A stretch of DNA of 64,000 nucleotides. Origin: an uncultured bacterium (lineage in GTDB: Bacteria; Hydrogenedentota; Hydrogenedentia; Hydrogenedentales; JAEUWI01). Made by a program: the position numbers and the translations under genes. The stretch spans positions 15,809 to 79,808 of the forward strand of contig CAXBPH010000002.1 of assembly GCA_963977445.1 (NCBI GenBank), read 5' to 3'. A model generated the notes under the pieces. It was not told the origin of the DNA. It was given only the letters and a program-made list of their open reading frames with translations, and did no database searches. Positions 31,216 to 41,231 of the stretch are shown here, piece after piece. Every line of letters begins with the position of its first letter. Position 1 is the first letter of the stretch.

Positions 31216-32805
31216 TTGAGTGAAACGCTGGACAATTCGAAGAATTTCCAAAGCTGGCATGTCATGCGTGACCGCAGGCGGGGCCAGTATATTCGTGCCG
31301 CCCTGGTGGGGCTGTTCGCTGGCGCGGTGGCCCTGTTCTTCCAGCAGATGCTGGTCTTCGCAGAAGAATCCCGCGTTACGCTCTATGAGCGCTTGCACCA
31401 CAGCTACCCCGGTCTGGGTTGGCTCGTTGCAGTGGCCATCGGCGGGGGATGCGGTCTTTTTGTAGGCTGGCTCACGTCGCGTTTTGCCCCCGAAGCGGGT
31501 GGCAGTGGCGTTCCCCATGTAAAAGGCTGTCTCATGCACGCCAGCACCATGTCCTGGCGTCGCGTCTTACCGGTAAAGTTCGTAGGCGGTATACTCTGTA
31601 TTGGTGCCGGTTTCTCGCTGGGGCGTGAAGGCCCCACGGTGCAGATGGGTGCCGCCGTCGCGAAACTCCTCTCCGATATCCTTCGGGTTCCGGCCAAGGC
31701 CGCGCCACGACTGATGGCCTGCGGTGCCGGTGCGGGGCTGGCCGCCGCCTTTCACGCACCTCTGGCAGGTTTCATCTTCACCATCGAAGAACTGCAACGG
31801 GAATTCTCTACGCTGACCTATGTGATGGCCCTCATTGCGGCTGTTGTGGCCGATATCGTGGCGACCTCATTCTGGGGCACGGGTAACGTCTTCGATTTAT
31901 CCAGTTTTCCCGAATCCTCCCTCGCTTCTCTGCCGGTCTGTGCCGTAATCGGTATCTTTGCCGGCGTCTTTGGCACGGGATTTTCCCGGGCCCTCCTTAA
32001 GTTGCAACACGTGACCAGCACCAGTAAGAACATGCCCGCCTGGGCCCGTGCGGGTGTGGTAGGCATGGTCGTCGGACTCGCGGCGTGGTTTCTTCCTTCC
32101 ATCTCCGGCGGTGGCCACGAGATTACCGAGCTCATGCTCAAAGGCAACACGGCCGAAGCCGAGTTTATCGGTTTCCTGTTCATCATTTTTGCCGGTAAAT
32201 TTCTACTCACCATCCTCTGTTATGCCACGGGCGTTCCCGGTGGTATTTTTGCGCCCATGCTCGTTATGGGCGCCAGCATGGGTATGATTGCCGGTATCGC
32301 GGTCTCCAGTTTCTTTCCAAGTCTTGCGCCGATTCCAGAGTCCTTCGTCGTCATTGGTATGGCCGCATTTTTCGCCGCCGTCGTTCGCGCACCCATCACC
32401 GCTATCGTGCTTGTGTTGGAGATGACCGGTGACTTCCATCAGTTATTGCCCCTGATTACGGGCTCCTTGTTTGCTTTGGTAGTGGCAGAGCGTCTGGGAA
32501 CGCCTCCTATTTACGATGCCCTTCTCGAGGCCGACACAAACCGGAAACACCCCGACGTGGCGGTACATCGGGAGCCGGTCCTCCTGGAATTTGTGATACA
32601 GGAAGGTTCGGAAATGGACGGCAAACCCATTAAAGAAGTTCCCCTTCCCGCCCGATGCCTTTTTGTCACAATTGCTCGCCAGGGCAATGACCTGCTGCCC
32701 AACGGCGATACGGTGCTTCACAAAGGTGACCACGTCACCGCCGTGTTGAGTGGTGCCGGTGCCGGTGAGGCCGTCGTCCGTCTCCTGCCCCTGAGCAAAG
32801 CCTGA
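31216..32805 (+). CDS. clcA: CLC H+/Cl- exchange transporter with C-terminal TrkA-C (RCK_C) domain
   Basis: GSGVP, LGREGPTVQMG, FTIEEL, GGIFAPML, PIYDAL; C-term GSEMDGKPIKEV...PNGDTVLHKGD. Confidence 0.9.
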   Translation: MSETLDNSKNFQSWHVMRDRRRGQYIRAALVGLFAGAVALFFQQMLVFAEESRVTLYERLHHSYPGLGWLVAVAIGGGCGLFVGWLTSRFAPEAGGSGVPHVKGCLMHASTMSWRRVLPVKFVGGILCIGAGFSLGREGPTVQMGAAVAKLLSDILRVPAKAAPRLMACGAGAGLAAAFHAPLAGFIFTIEELQREFSTLTYVMALIAAVVADIVATSFWGTGNVFDLSSFPESSLASLPVCAVIGIFAGVFGTGFSRALLKLQHVTSTSKNMPAWARAGVVGMVVGLAAWFLPSISGGGHEITELMLKGNTAEAEFIGFLFIIFAGKFLLTILCYATGVPGGIFAPMLVMGASMGMIAGIAVSSFFPSLAPIPESFVVIGMAAFFAAVVRAPITAIVLVLEMTGDFHQLLPLITGSLFALVVAERLGTPPIYDALLEADTNRKHPDVAVHREPVLLEFVIQEGSEMDGKPIKEVPLPARCLFVTIARQGNDLLPNGDTVLHKGDHVTAVLSGAGAGEAVVRLLPLSKA

Positions 32806-32880
32806 TCACTGCGCTCTATTCTTGAACCCATGTCCCCAATGGGATAGTCTCGTCTGAAAATACGGCTATATCCCATGGGC

Positions 32881-33369
32881 ATGAGTTGTACACTCTTTTT
32901 TCGCCCACCCCGTGAACTTGCTGAACCCAACCATGAAATGGAATTGATGATGGAAGCGATACGTGATGAAGACTATGTAGACTTTGGAATTTCCTTTCAA
33001 TCCATCCTCGTCGATCATTTGAATATCGTTTTGAAAGAAAAAGGCGTGGAAGAACAAGACGTCCGGAAGGATATTTGTGAAACCTTCCTCCTGGGTCTGG
33101 GAAACTTCATTGACCGATACTGGTTTGAATACGAAGGGCAACGGGTACATCCTATGTTGGCGTTCTCAGAGAATCACCTGGATGTTCATACGCCGCTGGA
33201 AGAACTGGGCACGGTTCTCTTCGCACCGGGAGATTTCTCTCAGCGCGAATACGCCGTTGGCGTGGTCGCTGATTTTTTTGAGGACAACGAAGAAGAAATT
33301 CCCGGAATTGTTACCGGTATTGTCGGTGAAGAAGAAGAGGATGACTACGAAGTCGATGATATGGGCTGA
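32881..33369 (+). CDS. Acidic hypothetical protein
   Basis: Open ~162-aa ORF filling the gap; D/E-rich; no motif recognised. Confidence 0.55.
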   Translation: MSCTLFFRPPRELAEPNHEMELMMEAIRDEDYVDFGISFQSILVDHLNIVLKEKGVEEQDVRKDICETFLLGLGNFIDRYWFEYEGQRVHPMLAFSENHLDVHTPLEELGTVLFAPGDFSQREYAVGVVADFFEDNEEEIPGIVTGIVGEEEEDDYEVDDMG

Positions 33370-33425
33370 ATCTGGCGTGGGGCAATCGGGGCGGGGCACG
33401 TCCGAGCGGCGCGTGTGATTCGTTC

Positions 33426-33454
33426 TTGACAATAGTCTGCAAAAGTTCTATCTT
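33426..33454 (+). promoter_or_regulatory. Sigma70-type promoter
   Basis: TTGACA-17 nt-TATCTT upstream of the 33645 cluster. Confidence 0.55.
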
Positions 33455-33644
33455 TAAACAAAAGTATGAAACCTGTGGAAAGGTTATGTGCTTAGCTATC
33501 TCGGAGGCGTTGGCCCGTCCCAATTGGTGCGAGCTCTTTGTTGGTTTCTGGGGTAGTTGGCTTGCCCATTGATGTCCGACGTGTCGATGGGCAGGATTGT
33601 TCCGATTGAACTGAGGCTTAAATCAAAAGAGGGGCAGCATCTCA

Positions 33645-34604
33645 ATGACGACGTTATTTCTGGTGGTATGGGCAGTACTTGGGGCGAATGGCGCAGACGG
33701 GGCTGAAGATCAACTAAAGTTCCTGGCGGCGACCCAGGAGCAGACCCAAGTGGCCTATTCCAGACTCAGCTATGATGCCAACGTCATAAACACCTCTTTT
33801 ATACCCAATTTGAAGTCCTCATTGCCGGTTACGTCACGCTACGTCGTGCGGGTCCATGGTGATACGGTGTTGAATACGTGGGAGTGCCTCACCACGTTGA
33901 AAGAGGACGAGGGCAATGATGGAAAGCCTTCCATTACCGTTTCTGACCAGCCCCGGGTGAAACGTGTACTCAAGACGCCCACCTACATTGCCGTCTGGAG
34001 AGATGTCGCGAACCCCACCATCATGCTCTACTATCTCGAAGACTGGCGCGACTCGTTAAGAGATTACAATACGACGTTCGATAGCACATTTTCGTTGGTC
34101 GACATAAACAGGTTGTGTTTTGGTCACTCGACGCCCTTCGTTTCGCTCTATCGCAATCAAGGGTTTTCCGCACGATGGGATGTCCTGGCCTTTGAAGCAG
34201 GCGAGAGAATACAGGTGCAGCGCTCCCTTCCTGTTAAAGAGGCCGTATACAGTCCCGATCTGATGCTTGATATGAATCCGATGGACGGCCTTGTGCGGAA
34301 CGGGACCTTTAAGCCCGTGGCGGCCAAGCTCGGTGCGGAAGTTAACGTGGAATATGTGGAAGCGTCTATTGGTGGACGGTCGCTCCACGTGCCATCAACC
34401 TACAACTATGACAAGGCAAGTGAGCGGGAAGAGTTGAAATCTAACATCGCTATCACGTTTACAAACTTTGTAGATGAGGCCGATAAACCCGAGCTAACCC
34501 TGTCCGACCTTGGTGTGCCTGTCGGCGCAGCGTTGCGGAAAATGTACCCCGATGGACGTCAGAAAACTGCAAAATGGGATGGGCTCCAATTGACATTCCA
34601 CTAA
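33645..34604 (+). CDS. Exported hypothetical protein (possibly LolA-like beta fold)
   Basis: Hydrophobic N-terminus; beta-rich; C-term LTLSDLGVPVGA; GAGGGG RBS. Confidence 0.6.
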   Translation: MTTLFLVVWAVLGANGADGAEDQLKFLAATQEQTQVAYSRLSYDANVINTSFIPNLKSSLPVTSRYVVRVHGDTVLNTWECLTTLKEDEGNDGKPSITVSDQPRVKRVLKTPTYIAVWRDVANPTIMLYYLEDWRDSLRDYNTTFDSTFSLVDINRLCFGHSTPFVSLYRNQGFSARWDVLAFEAGERIQVQRSLPVKEAVYSPDLMLDMNPMDGLVRNGTFKPVAAKLGAEVNVEYVEASIGGRSLHVPSTYNYDKASEREELKSNIAITFTNFVDEADKPELTLSDLGVPVGAALRKMYPDGRQKTAKWDGLQLTFH

Positions 34605-34618
34605 CGAGGAATAGCGTC

Positions 34619-35014
34619 ATGAAAAAAAGACTATTGATTCTGATAGCATTCACGGTCAGCGCAGTATCTACCGGGGTTTTCGCGGACTCCTGCTCGAAAT
34701 GGCTGGATGCCGGATGGTGTCGGGGCCCATGGTCTTGCTCCAGTTTTTGCGCCACGACAGATTATGAGTGCGTGGATATGGGGGCGAAAGAAATTGTACC
34801 GGTTCGAATGAAGAAAGAATGTGTGCGTGGTGATTGGGTATTCGGGTGCGAAAACCGTGGGACCCCGAAGACGGATTGTGCGGATGTTCGCGACTGCACT
34901 TTTCTCCAGGATTTGGTATGCAGCAGCGATCCCATAAAGTATGAATGTTACTCGAGTCAAACCCCGGTCACCGTGGTGTGGTGGGTGATTAACTATGACA
35001 GCCTTTGCGTTTAG
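34619..35014 (+). CDS. Secreted cysteine-rich protein (131 aa, 12 Cys)
   Basis: GAGGA RBS; Sec signal MKKRLLILIAFTVSAVSTGVFA; 12 Cys in the mature part. Confidence 0.7.
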   Translation: MKKRLLILIAFTVSAVSTGVFADSCSKWLDAGWCRGPWSCSSFCATTDYECVDMGAKEIVPVRMKKECVRGDWVFGCENRGTPKTDCADVRDCTFLQDLVCSSDPIKYECYSSQTPVTVVWWVINYDSLCV

Positions 35015-35148
35015 CGCCGCGAGTTCGACCCATGCAACCCGATAGTGCCGGTGCCAACATAGTAGCGGAAGATCTTTATCATACCGGTTGAGGTCCAGGC
35101 TTCCGCCTGTCGCATTGGCTGGACTCGAGAACATGAATAGGGGGTGTT

Positions 35149-36105
35149 ATGCGGAAACTGGTACGAAAAATTCTTCCCGCGCTGGTCTTTCTGGCATTGG
35201 TCCTGGTGACGTTGCACGTTATCTTTCTCAACGCCCTGCGCCAGTCACACAGCGAGGGCGCTTTGATGGGCGAAGCGGAGTTAATCCATACCTTTCAATT
35301 GAGGAACTACAGTTGGCATCGAATTGACGTTGGCGATGCTCATACCTCCTGTGGGTGTACGGTGGTGGCGGATTTGCCGAAGAGCATCGAGCCCTTTCAA
35401 CGACTGGATATCCCGATCAGAATCGATCTCAGTGGTCGATCAGGAAAGTTTCAATCGAAAGTCTCTTTGAGTCTGCCGCCCTTTGGACTTGCCGAATTTG
35501 AAATTGTAGCCGATGTATATCCGGTGCTCCCTGCGGTTATCGAATTGGGTGACGTGCAGAAAGGTGCCGTCATCGAAAAGGTATTCGCCGCCGATGAGCG
35601 TGTCTTCAATAGTTCGAGTGAGTTTTCGAATGACAATATGACCGTGGAGGCGAGGGTGGTGGAAGGTCAGCCGATACTTTCCCTGGCGATTCACGCGCCG
35701 ATGGAGAGCGGGGACTTTGCGTTTTCCATGGGCGAGGGTTCGGCGTCTCCTACGGTCAACGGCCGGGTCCTGAAAGAGGTGCAGGCCAGCGTCGACACCC
35801 TCTCGCTAGGGTATATCCGTTTGGGTGCGGGCGAGGAGCGGTCTACGACCGGCGAAGTGGCTTTCGTCTCCACCACGGGCGCGTTAATCGCCTGGCAGCA
35901 GGGTTCAAGCGTCCATTCAGATAAGGTGTCGATTCGTGAAGCGCCTTCGGAGGCGGGAGTTACCCTCGCCGTTACGCTGGAGACGCCACAGACGGGCGGT
36001 CTCTATAAGGAAAATTTGGAGTTTTATTTTACGGTGGAAGGGGACCCAGAAATGATTCGAGTGCCGGTTGAGCTCTATGCCTATGTATTGGAGGACATCT
36101 CTTGA
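35149..36105 (+). CDS. DUF1573 (Ig-like) domain membrane-anchored protein
   Basis: HTFQLRN...TSCGCT...IEP motif after an N-terminal TM helix. Confidence 0.75.
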   Translation: MRKLVRKILPALVFLALVLVTLHVIFLNALRQSHSEGALMGEAELIHTFQLRNYSWHRIDVGDAHTSCGCTVVADLPKSIEPFQRLDIPIRIDLSGRSGKFQSKVSLSLPPFGLAEFEIVADVYPVLPAVIELGDVQKGAVIEKVFAADERVFNSSSEFSNDNMTVEARVVEGQPILSLAIHAPMESGDFAFSMGEGSASPTVNGRVLKEVQASVDTLSLGYIRLGAGEERSTTGEVAFVSTTGALIAWQQGSSVHSDKVSIREAPSEAGVTLAVTLETPQTGGLYKENLEFYFTVEGDPEMIRVPVELYAYVLEDIS

Positions 36106-38366
36106 ATTCCTCCCGAACGAAACGCTCTTCTTCCCGCGGTGTTTTTGGCTTTGCAGTAGGTCTGACGGCCTTATTAATTGCGGCGGTCATCGCATACGCT
36201 ATTTTCGGTCGCGGAGAAACGACGCCGCCGATTGTTACCGAGCCCGGAGAGCTTCTGGTCGTCTCAGAGCACCCGGCGGAGGCCTCCGATTTTGTGGAAG
36301 TGCCGCACCAGGCACCGGACACAGCCAGACCGTTGGGCGAGGGTATCGTGGATGTTCGGGTGGTCGACGGGGTGGGCCAGCCTGTTGCTGACGCAGTGCT
36401 TCGCTTGGAGTGCCAAGCCGTGGAAGGCGACGACGGAGACCGTCTCCCACTGCTGGACGCCACCACCGATAGCGCGGGCACGGGTAGTTTCGGTCAGTTG
36501 CCCTGGGGCCGCTATAGCGTATCTGCCACCGTTGGGGACGAAGCCGGCAGGGAAAACGTTACCCTGCGGGAAGAGCGTCCCCGGATTTTACTCGAACTCA
36601 TACTGGCACCCTCGGGGGGGATCGACGGCATCGTGTTGGATGGGGAAGGTACCCCCCTCGCCGATGTAACGCTTACCATGCTCAATGTGGCCACCGGTCC
36701 AGATAAAATAACAACAACACAGTCGCAAGAAGATGGAACCTTTCTATTCAGCGATCTACCACTCGGCCGCTACCAGATACAGTCGGAGGCGGCGGGATTT
36801 GCTGCTGGACTGACCGAAATCCTGGAGATTGGCGGTAAGGCCGTGACGATTGTGATGGGGCCTGGTGGGCAGCTGGCAGGAAAAATTCATCAGCTTGGGA
36901 CGTCGACGCCCGTTGCGGATGTGAGCGTACACATCGAGGGGAACGGCTACGTAGGAATCGACTACGAAGTCGTGAGTGATGAAGCAGGTGCCTTTCAACT
37001 GGAGCATGTCGCGCCCGGTGTATTGGTGGTAACCAGCGACGATAAAACCTACGCCCTGAACCCGTCCCGAAACGTCGTTTCTGTCGAAATGGACCAGGCG
37101 GCATCGACGACGTTGTATGTCGAGGCGGCCGGTACCGTTTCGGGGCGCGTATTCGAGGCGGATAGCGGTGCGCCCATCGCCGGTGCGGTGATATCGATTT
37201 CCGGGCCGGACAATCTGGGGCGTTTTTGGAACTCCCAGCCCACCGATGAGGAAGGCCGCTACCAGCTTACGTCCCTGATGCCGGGCCCGCTGACGGCGCG
37301 CCTGTCCAAGATGCCCCCGCCGTCTGAATTCAGCATAGCGTCTTCGCCAACCCAGCTTATTGACCTTCAGCCCGGAGAAGCCAAAGCCGATGTGGACTTT
37401 CCGGTCGATCCGGGACAAAGTATATGCGGGACCGTGGTGGACAGCGCAGGCCTTCCCGTAGCCATGGCGCGGGTCGTTCTGATGAAATATCGGCCTCGGG
37501 AGGAATCGGCATTTGACCGGACCATAACCATTACGGATCGGGACGGACGCTTCTGTATCTACAACGTCGCGGTGACCATGGTCGAGGTGGAGCCGGACGT
37601 CTTCGAGCCGGAGTTCTTGACGCTCGAGGCCAGCTTTCACGAACAGCGCAGTGAGCCCATTACCTTTCCCAACTATTCAGAAAGCCTTTCGGACGTAACG
37701 CTAAAACTCGCGCCCTCGGCCACGGGGGTGATTGCCGGTTTGGTGGTGGACGACCACGGGGTTCCCGCCCATGCAACCGTTTCGTTGCGCCATCCCTACA
37801 TGACGAGTGGTTTCAGTGCGCGGAGTTATCACACCGAATCGGATGGCCATTTCCTGTTTCAACACCTGGACGCGGAAGATTATGAAATCTGGCTGGCTGT
37901 CGATAATGGGACCGGGTACAACGGTGGAAAGAAACTGGCCCACAGTCTGACCCTCGGGCCGGGCGAGCGAAAATTGGACCTGCGTCTGGTGGTCCGCGAA
38001 GGGGGAGTGATCACTGGGACCGTGCGTGACGCCGACGGCAATCCGATCCAGGGTTTCGATGTGGAGGCGTGGGATATGGATATTGGGGATTATGAAAGTT
38101 CCGCCAAGACCGATATAGAAGGACACTTCGAAATCACCAGCCTCAATGGTACACGCTATGACTTACATCCCGATGGGGCCGATGATCAGGGGCGCTATTG
38201 GGGCGTACCCGCGAAGCCGGGGGATGATGTTGATATCGTACTGACGCCCGATTTTTACGAGCGCTATAAGGCCAAGACGATGATTTGGATTATCGATCCC
38301 GAGACCGGAGAAGAAGTGACCGTATTCGAAGACTACGTGCCACCGGTACAAGAGGTGTCGGAGTAG
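36102..38366 (+). CDS. Membrane-anchored carboxypeptidase-regulatory-like repeat protein
   Basis: Multiple GxVxDxxGxPxxxA...TDxxGxF repeats. Confidence 0.8.
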   Translation: MNSSRTKRSSSRGVFGFAVGLTALLIAAVIAYAIFGRGETTPPIVTEPGELLVVSEHPAEASDFVEVPHQAPDTARPLGEGIVDVRVVDGVGQPVADAVLRLECQAVEGDDGDRLPLLDATTDSAGTGSFGQLPWGRYSVSATVGDEAGRENVTLREERPRILLELILAPSGGIDGIVLDGEGTPLADVTLTMLNVATGPDKITTTQSQEDGTFLFSDLPLGRYQIQSEAAGFAAGLTEILEIGGKAVTIVMGPGGQLAGKIHQLGTSTPVADVSVHIEGNGYVGIDYEVVSDEAGAFQLEHVAPGVLVVTSDDKTYALNPSRNVVSVEMDQAASTTLYVEAAGTVSGRVFEADSGAPIAGAVISISGPDNLGRFWNSQPTDEEGRYQLTSLMPGPLTARLSKMPPPSEFSIASSPTQLIDLQPGEAKADVDFPVDPGQSICGTVVDSAGLPVAMARVVLMKYRPREESAFDRTITITDRDGRFCIYNVAVTMVEVEPDVFEPEFLTLEASFHEQRSEPITFPNYSESLSDVTLKLAPSATGVIAGLVVDDHGVPAHATVSLRHPYMTSGFSARSYHTESDGHFLFQHLDAEDYEIWLAVDNGTGYNGGKKLAHSLTLGPGERKLDLRLVVREGGVITGTVRDADGNPIQGFDVEAWDMDIGDYESSAKTDIEGHFEITSLNGTRYDLHPDGADDQGRYWGVPAKPGDDVDIVLTPDFYERYKAKTMIWIIDPETGEEVTVFEDYVPPVQEVSE

Positions 38367-38439
38367 CCAGCGCCCGGGGACTCGAAAATCGGTACCCCTT
38401 ATTGTATAGTGATGGGAACCCTACCAGGAGGCCATCGCC

Positions 38440-39717
38440 ATGACACGTAGACCAACCCGCCGTCACTTTATGAAGTCAGCCACGAGCCTGTTGGCCGCCC
38501 CCTATATCGCGGGCAAGTCGTGGGCCCAGGCAGCCCCGAGCGAACAGATTACCTTGGGCTGCATCGGCCTGGGAAATCACGGCACGGGCTGGAACCTGAA
38601 ATACTTTCTCGACATACCCGAAGCCCGGGTCGTTGCGGTATGCGATGTATTTGCAGATCGTCGCGAAAATGCCCGGGCGAAGGTGAATGCCGCCTATGGA
38701 AACGAAGATTGTACCGCCTATGCCGATTTTCGGGACGTGCTGGCGCGGAAGGACATCGACGCCGTCGTAATCTCCACACCCGACCACTGGCACGTTCTCC
38801 TGTCGGTCTTGGCGGCCCGTGCGGGGAAAGACGTCTTTTGCGAAAAGCCCACGTTGACCATTGGCGAGGGTCAGGCCCTGGTGAAGGTGATTGGGGAAAC
38901 GGGTGTTATGTATCAGGGCGGCATCGAAGACCGTTCGGTGGCCATCTACCATCGCATGGCCGAGCTGGTGCGGAATGGGGCCCTCGGAAAACTCGATAAT
39001 ATTCGGGTGGCCCTGCCGCCCGGTGACGCCTTTCCGAAAGAAGAGCCCGTGCCCGTTCCTGAAGGGCTGGACTACGAAATGTGGCTCGGGCCCGCGCCCT
39101 TTAGCCCTTATACACCCACCAAGTTGGGTGCACAGGAATGGCGGAATCATTTCGACTACTCCGGTGGAAAGCTGACCGATTGGGGCGCTCATCTCATGGA
39201 TACGGCTCAGGTGGCCCTCTACGAAGAACATGGCGGGCCGGTGAAGGTTTCGGGGGTGGGTGATTTTCCCGTGGACTGCATGGCCAATACGGCGACGAAC
39301 TACGACATCGACTATACCTACGGCAATGGCGTCACCATGAAGGTAAAATCCGACGGGGCAGGTATTGGATTCTATGGCAGCGATGGCTGGATAAAGAGCA
39401 ATGGCTGGCGCAGTCCTATCGAAGCCAGTGAACCGGGGCTCCTGGAGTTGGTCTATCCCGCCGAGACCAACAAGATGTATCCCCTGCCTGCCAGTGAGCA
39501 CCAGGCCTTTATCGACGCCGTAAAGGCACGGAAGATGCCCTACTACAGTCCGGAGGATATCCATCGCCTCAGCACGGCCATGCATCTGGGCAATATTTCC
39601 ATGCGCCTCGGGCGGAGCCTCTCTTGGGATCCGGTCAATGAGGTCGTCCTCAACGACGATGAGGCGAATGGAATGAGAGCACGAAAAATGCGGGGCCCCT
39701 GGACACTCGACGTGTAG
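38440..39717 (+). CDS. Tat-exported Gfo/Idh/MocA oxidoreductase
   Basis: TRRHFMK Tat motif; IGLGNHG; DAVVISTPDHWH; CEKP; DWGAHLMD. Confidence 0.92.
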   Translation: MTRRPTRRHFMKSATSLLAAPYIAGKSWAQAAPSEQITLGCIGLGNHGTGWNLKYFLDIPEARVVAVCDVFADRRENARAKVNAAYGNEDCTAYADFRDVLARKDIDAVVISTPDHWHVLLSVLAARAGKDVFCEKPTLTIGEGQALVKVIGETGVMYQGGIEDRSVAIYHRMAELVRNGALGKLDNIRVALPPGDAFPKEEPVPVPEGLDYEMWLGPAPFSPYTPTKLGAQEWRNHFDYSGGKLTDWGAHLMDTAQVALYEEHGGPVKVSGVGDFPVDCMANTATNYDIDYTYGNGVTMKVKSDGAGIGFYGSDGWIKSNGWRSPIEASEPGLLELVYPAETNKMYPLPASEHQAFIDAVKARKMPYYSPEDIHRLSTAMHLGNISMRLGRSLSWDPVNEVVLNDDEANGMRARKMRGPWTLDV

Positions 39718-39770
39718 GCGGCGTCGTGCTTGCTGTTGCTGCGGAAGGCCGACAATGCATTACGTTCCCC

Positions 39771-39933
39771 CACGGGCAAGCCCTTGCGGGCTTGTCCGTG
39801 CCACCCCGACGAACGTTCTTTTGTTGTCGTTCCTCTTGCTGAAACGGGTTTGCAATTGCCATCCGCTTGGTGGACGTCGGCAGGTAACATTAATTACGGG
39901 TGCCACGGACAAGTCCGGTAGGACTTGCCCGTG
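39771..39933. repeat. Inverted pair of REP-like palindromes (REPIN-like)
   Basis: CACGGGCAAGCCC-TTGC-GGGCTTGTCCGTGCCACCC (39771-39806) and GGGTGCCACGGACAAGTCC-GGTA-GGACTTGCCCGTG (39898-39933). Confidence 0.75.
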
Positions 39934-39985
39934 TCGGCTGACGTGGTAGCGACGTTGGACTCTCTGTTCTCTCTCGGGCCTGTCG

Positions 39986-41206
39986 TTACCGGGGCGGGGT
40001 GTCGTAGTGGGCGAGATACTCGGCCAGGGCACGATACATCCAGGCCACCCCCCAGCGTGGGTGAGTAATCTTGCTGGTGAAGCCTTTGTATTTTCGGTAG
40101 TACGGGGCTCCCGTTTCCGGGTCACGCATTGCACTCCAGGCCCAACGGAGGGCCTGGTTTGCCTGTCTTTTGGTGCCCATGAAGGTCTCCGAGAGCACCG
40201 TGGGACACAAGATGGCTTCGGCACAGGCGTGTATATTTACCGGGTAGGTGCTGGCCTCGCTCTGGGGCATGCCGTCTTCATCGTAGAGGCTATCCTTGTA
40301 ATAGGCGTAACCCCGCTTCAGGGCATGGGCCACGATCTTGTTGTCGGCGTGACGGTTAATCGCCGCCAACGACCGCAACACGAAGCCCGTATGGTGGTGA
40401 TCCACCATGGCGAGGAGTCCCGGTTCAAAGGGGTCTTCCGCCCGATAGTGTCCGTAGGGAAAAGCACCATCATCGCGCTGATGATCGAGGGTAAACTGGA
40501 GCGCCTGGAGGGCCGTTCGCGCCATGTCTTCATCGTCCGTGAGCACCGCCACCTCCAACAGATGTTGGGCTACCAGGAGGTTGACGTTGTGAACGCGGCG
40601 CTGGTCTTCGGGGCCATAGCAAAAACAGCAGGCCCTGTCGGAAGGCGCATAACGGGGTACGGCATTTAGAAAATGAGTCGCGATGGCCACGGCGCTATCC
40701 AGATAGTTTCGGTCGCCGGTAACTTCCCACGCCAGCAGAAAGGCCTCGCCCGCAATCGCACCAATCACGCAGACCGGTGAATTGGGTTCCGTCGCCAGTC
40801 CTTTCGCCCGAAGGGCAAAAGGATATCCCCAGCTCAGGCCGGCATACCCCCTATGGGCGTGGTCCAGCAGCCACTGCAGATGATCGGCAGCACCTTCGCG
40901 AAAAGTAGGGTCTCCCGTGCACTGAAAAAGACGTAACTTTCCAATCGCCAGGAGGGCGTGGGTCTTGGGATTTTCCGTGGGCCGAATCTGCAATAGACGT
41001 CGGGACACGTGGGGGGCGAAATCACAGAGGACCGTGCTCACGCGGCGGAGGAATGGATGGGGCTGCAGTGCCTGAATACGGGGGTGGGCCTTAATGTCGA
41101 AGGGGTCGGGGCCGACCGTTCCATGGCGTTCAAGCCAAACGGTTAATTCAGAGAGCCACTCTTGCGCCAGGGCGATGTCGGGGTCATTCGAGGGTGTCAG
41201 GGGCAT
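39986..41206 (-). CDS. Hypothetical alpha/alpha-toroid protein linked to a glycosyltransferase
   Basis: WGYPF, VHNVNL, QRDDGAFPY, DHHHTGF, RWGVAWM motifs; start at ATG 41206. Confidence 0.6.
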   Translation of the reverse strand: MPLTPSNDPDIALAQEWLSELTVWLERHGTVGPDPFDIKAHPRIQALQPHPFLRRVSTVLCDFAPHVSRRLLQIRPTENPKTHALLAIGKLRLFQCTGDPTFREGAADHLQWLLDHAHRGYAGLSWGYPFALRAKGLATEPNSPVCVIGAIAGEAFLLAWEVTGDRNYLDSAVAIATHFLNAVPRYAPSDRACCFCYGPEDQRRVHNVNLLVAQHLLEVAVLTDDEDMARTALQALQFTLDHQRDDGAFPYGHYRAEDPFEPGLLAMVDHHHTGFVLRSLAAINRHADNKIVAHALKRGYAYYKDSLYDEDGMPQSEASTYPVNIHACAEAILCPTVLSETFMGTKRQANQALRWAWSAMRDPETGAPYYRKYKGFTSKITHPRWGVAWMYRALAEYLAHYDTPPR

Positions 41207-41231
41207 GGTTGCACGGGCTTTCGATTCGGAC

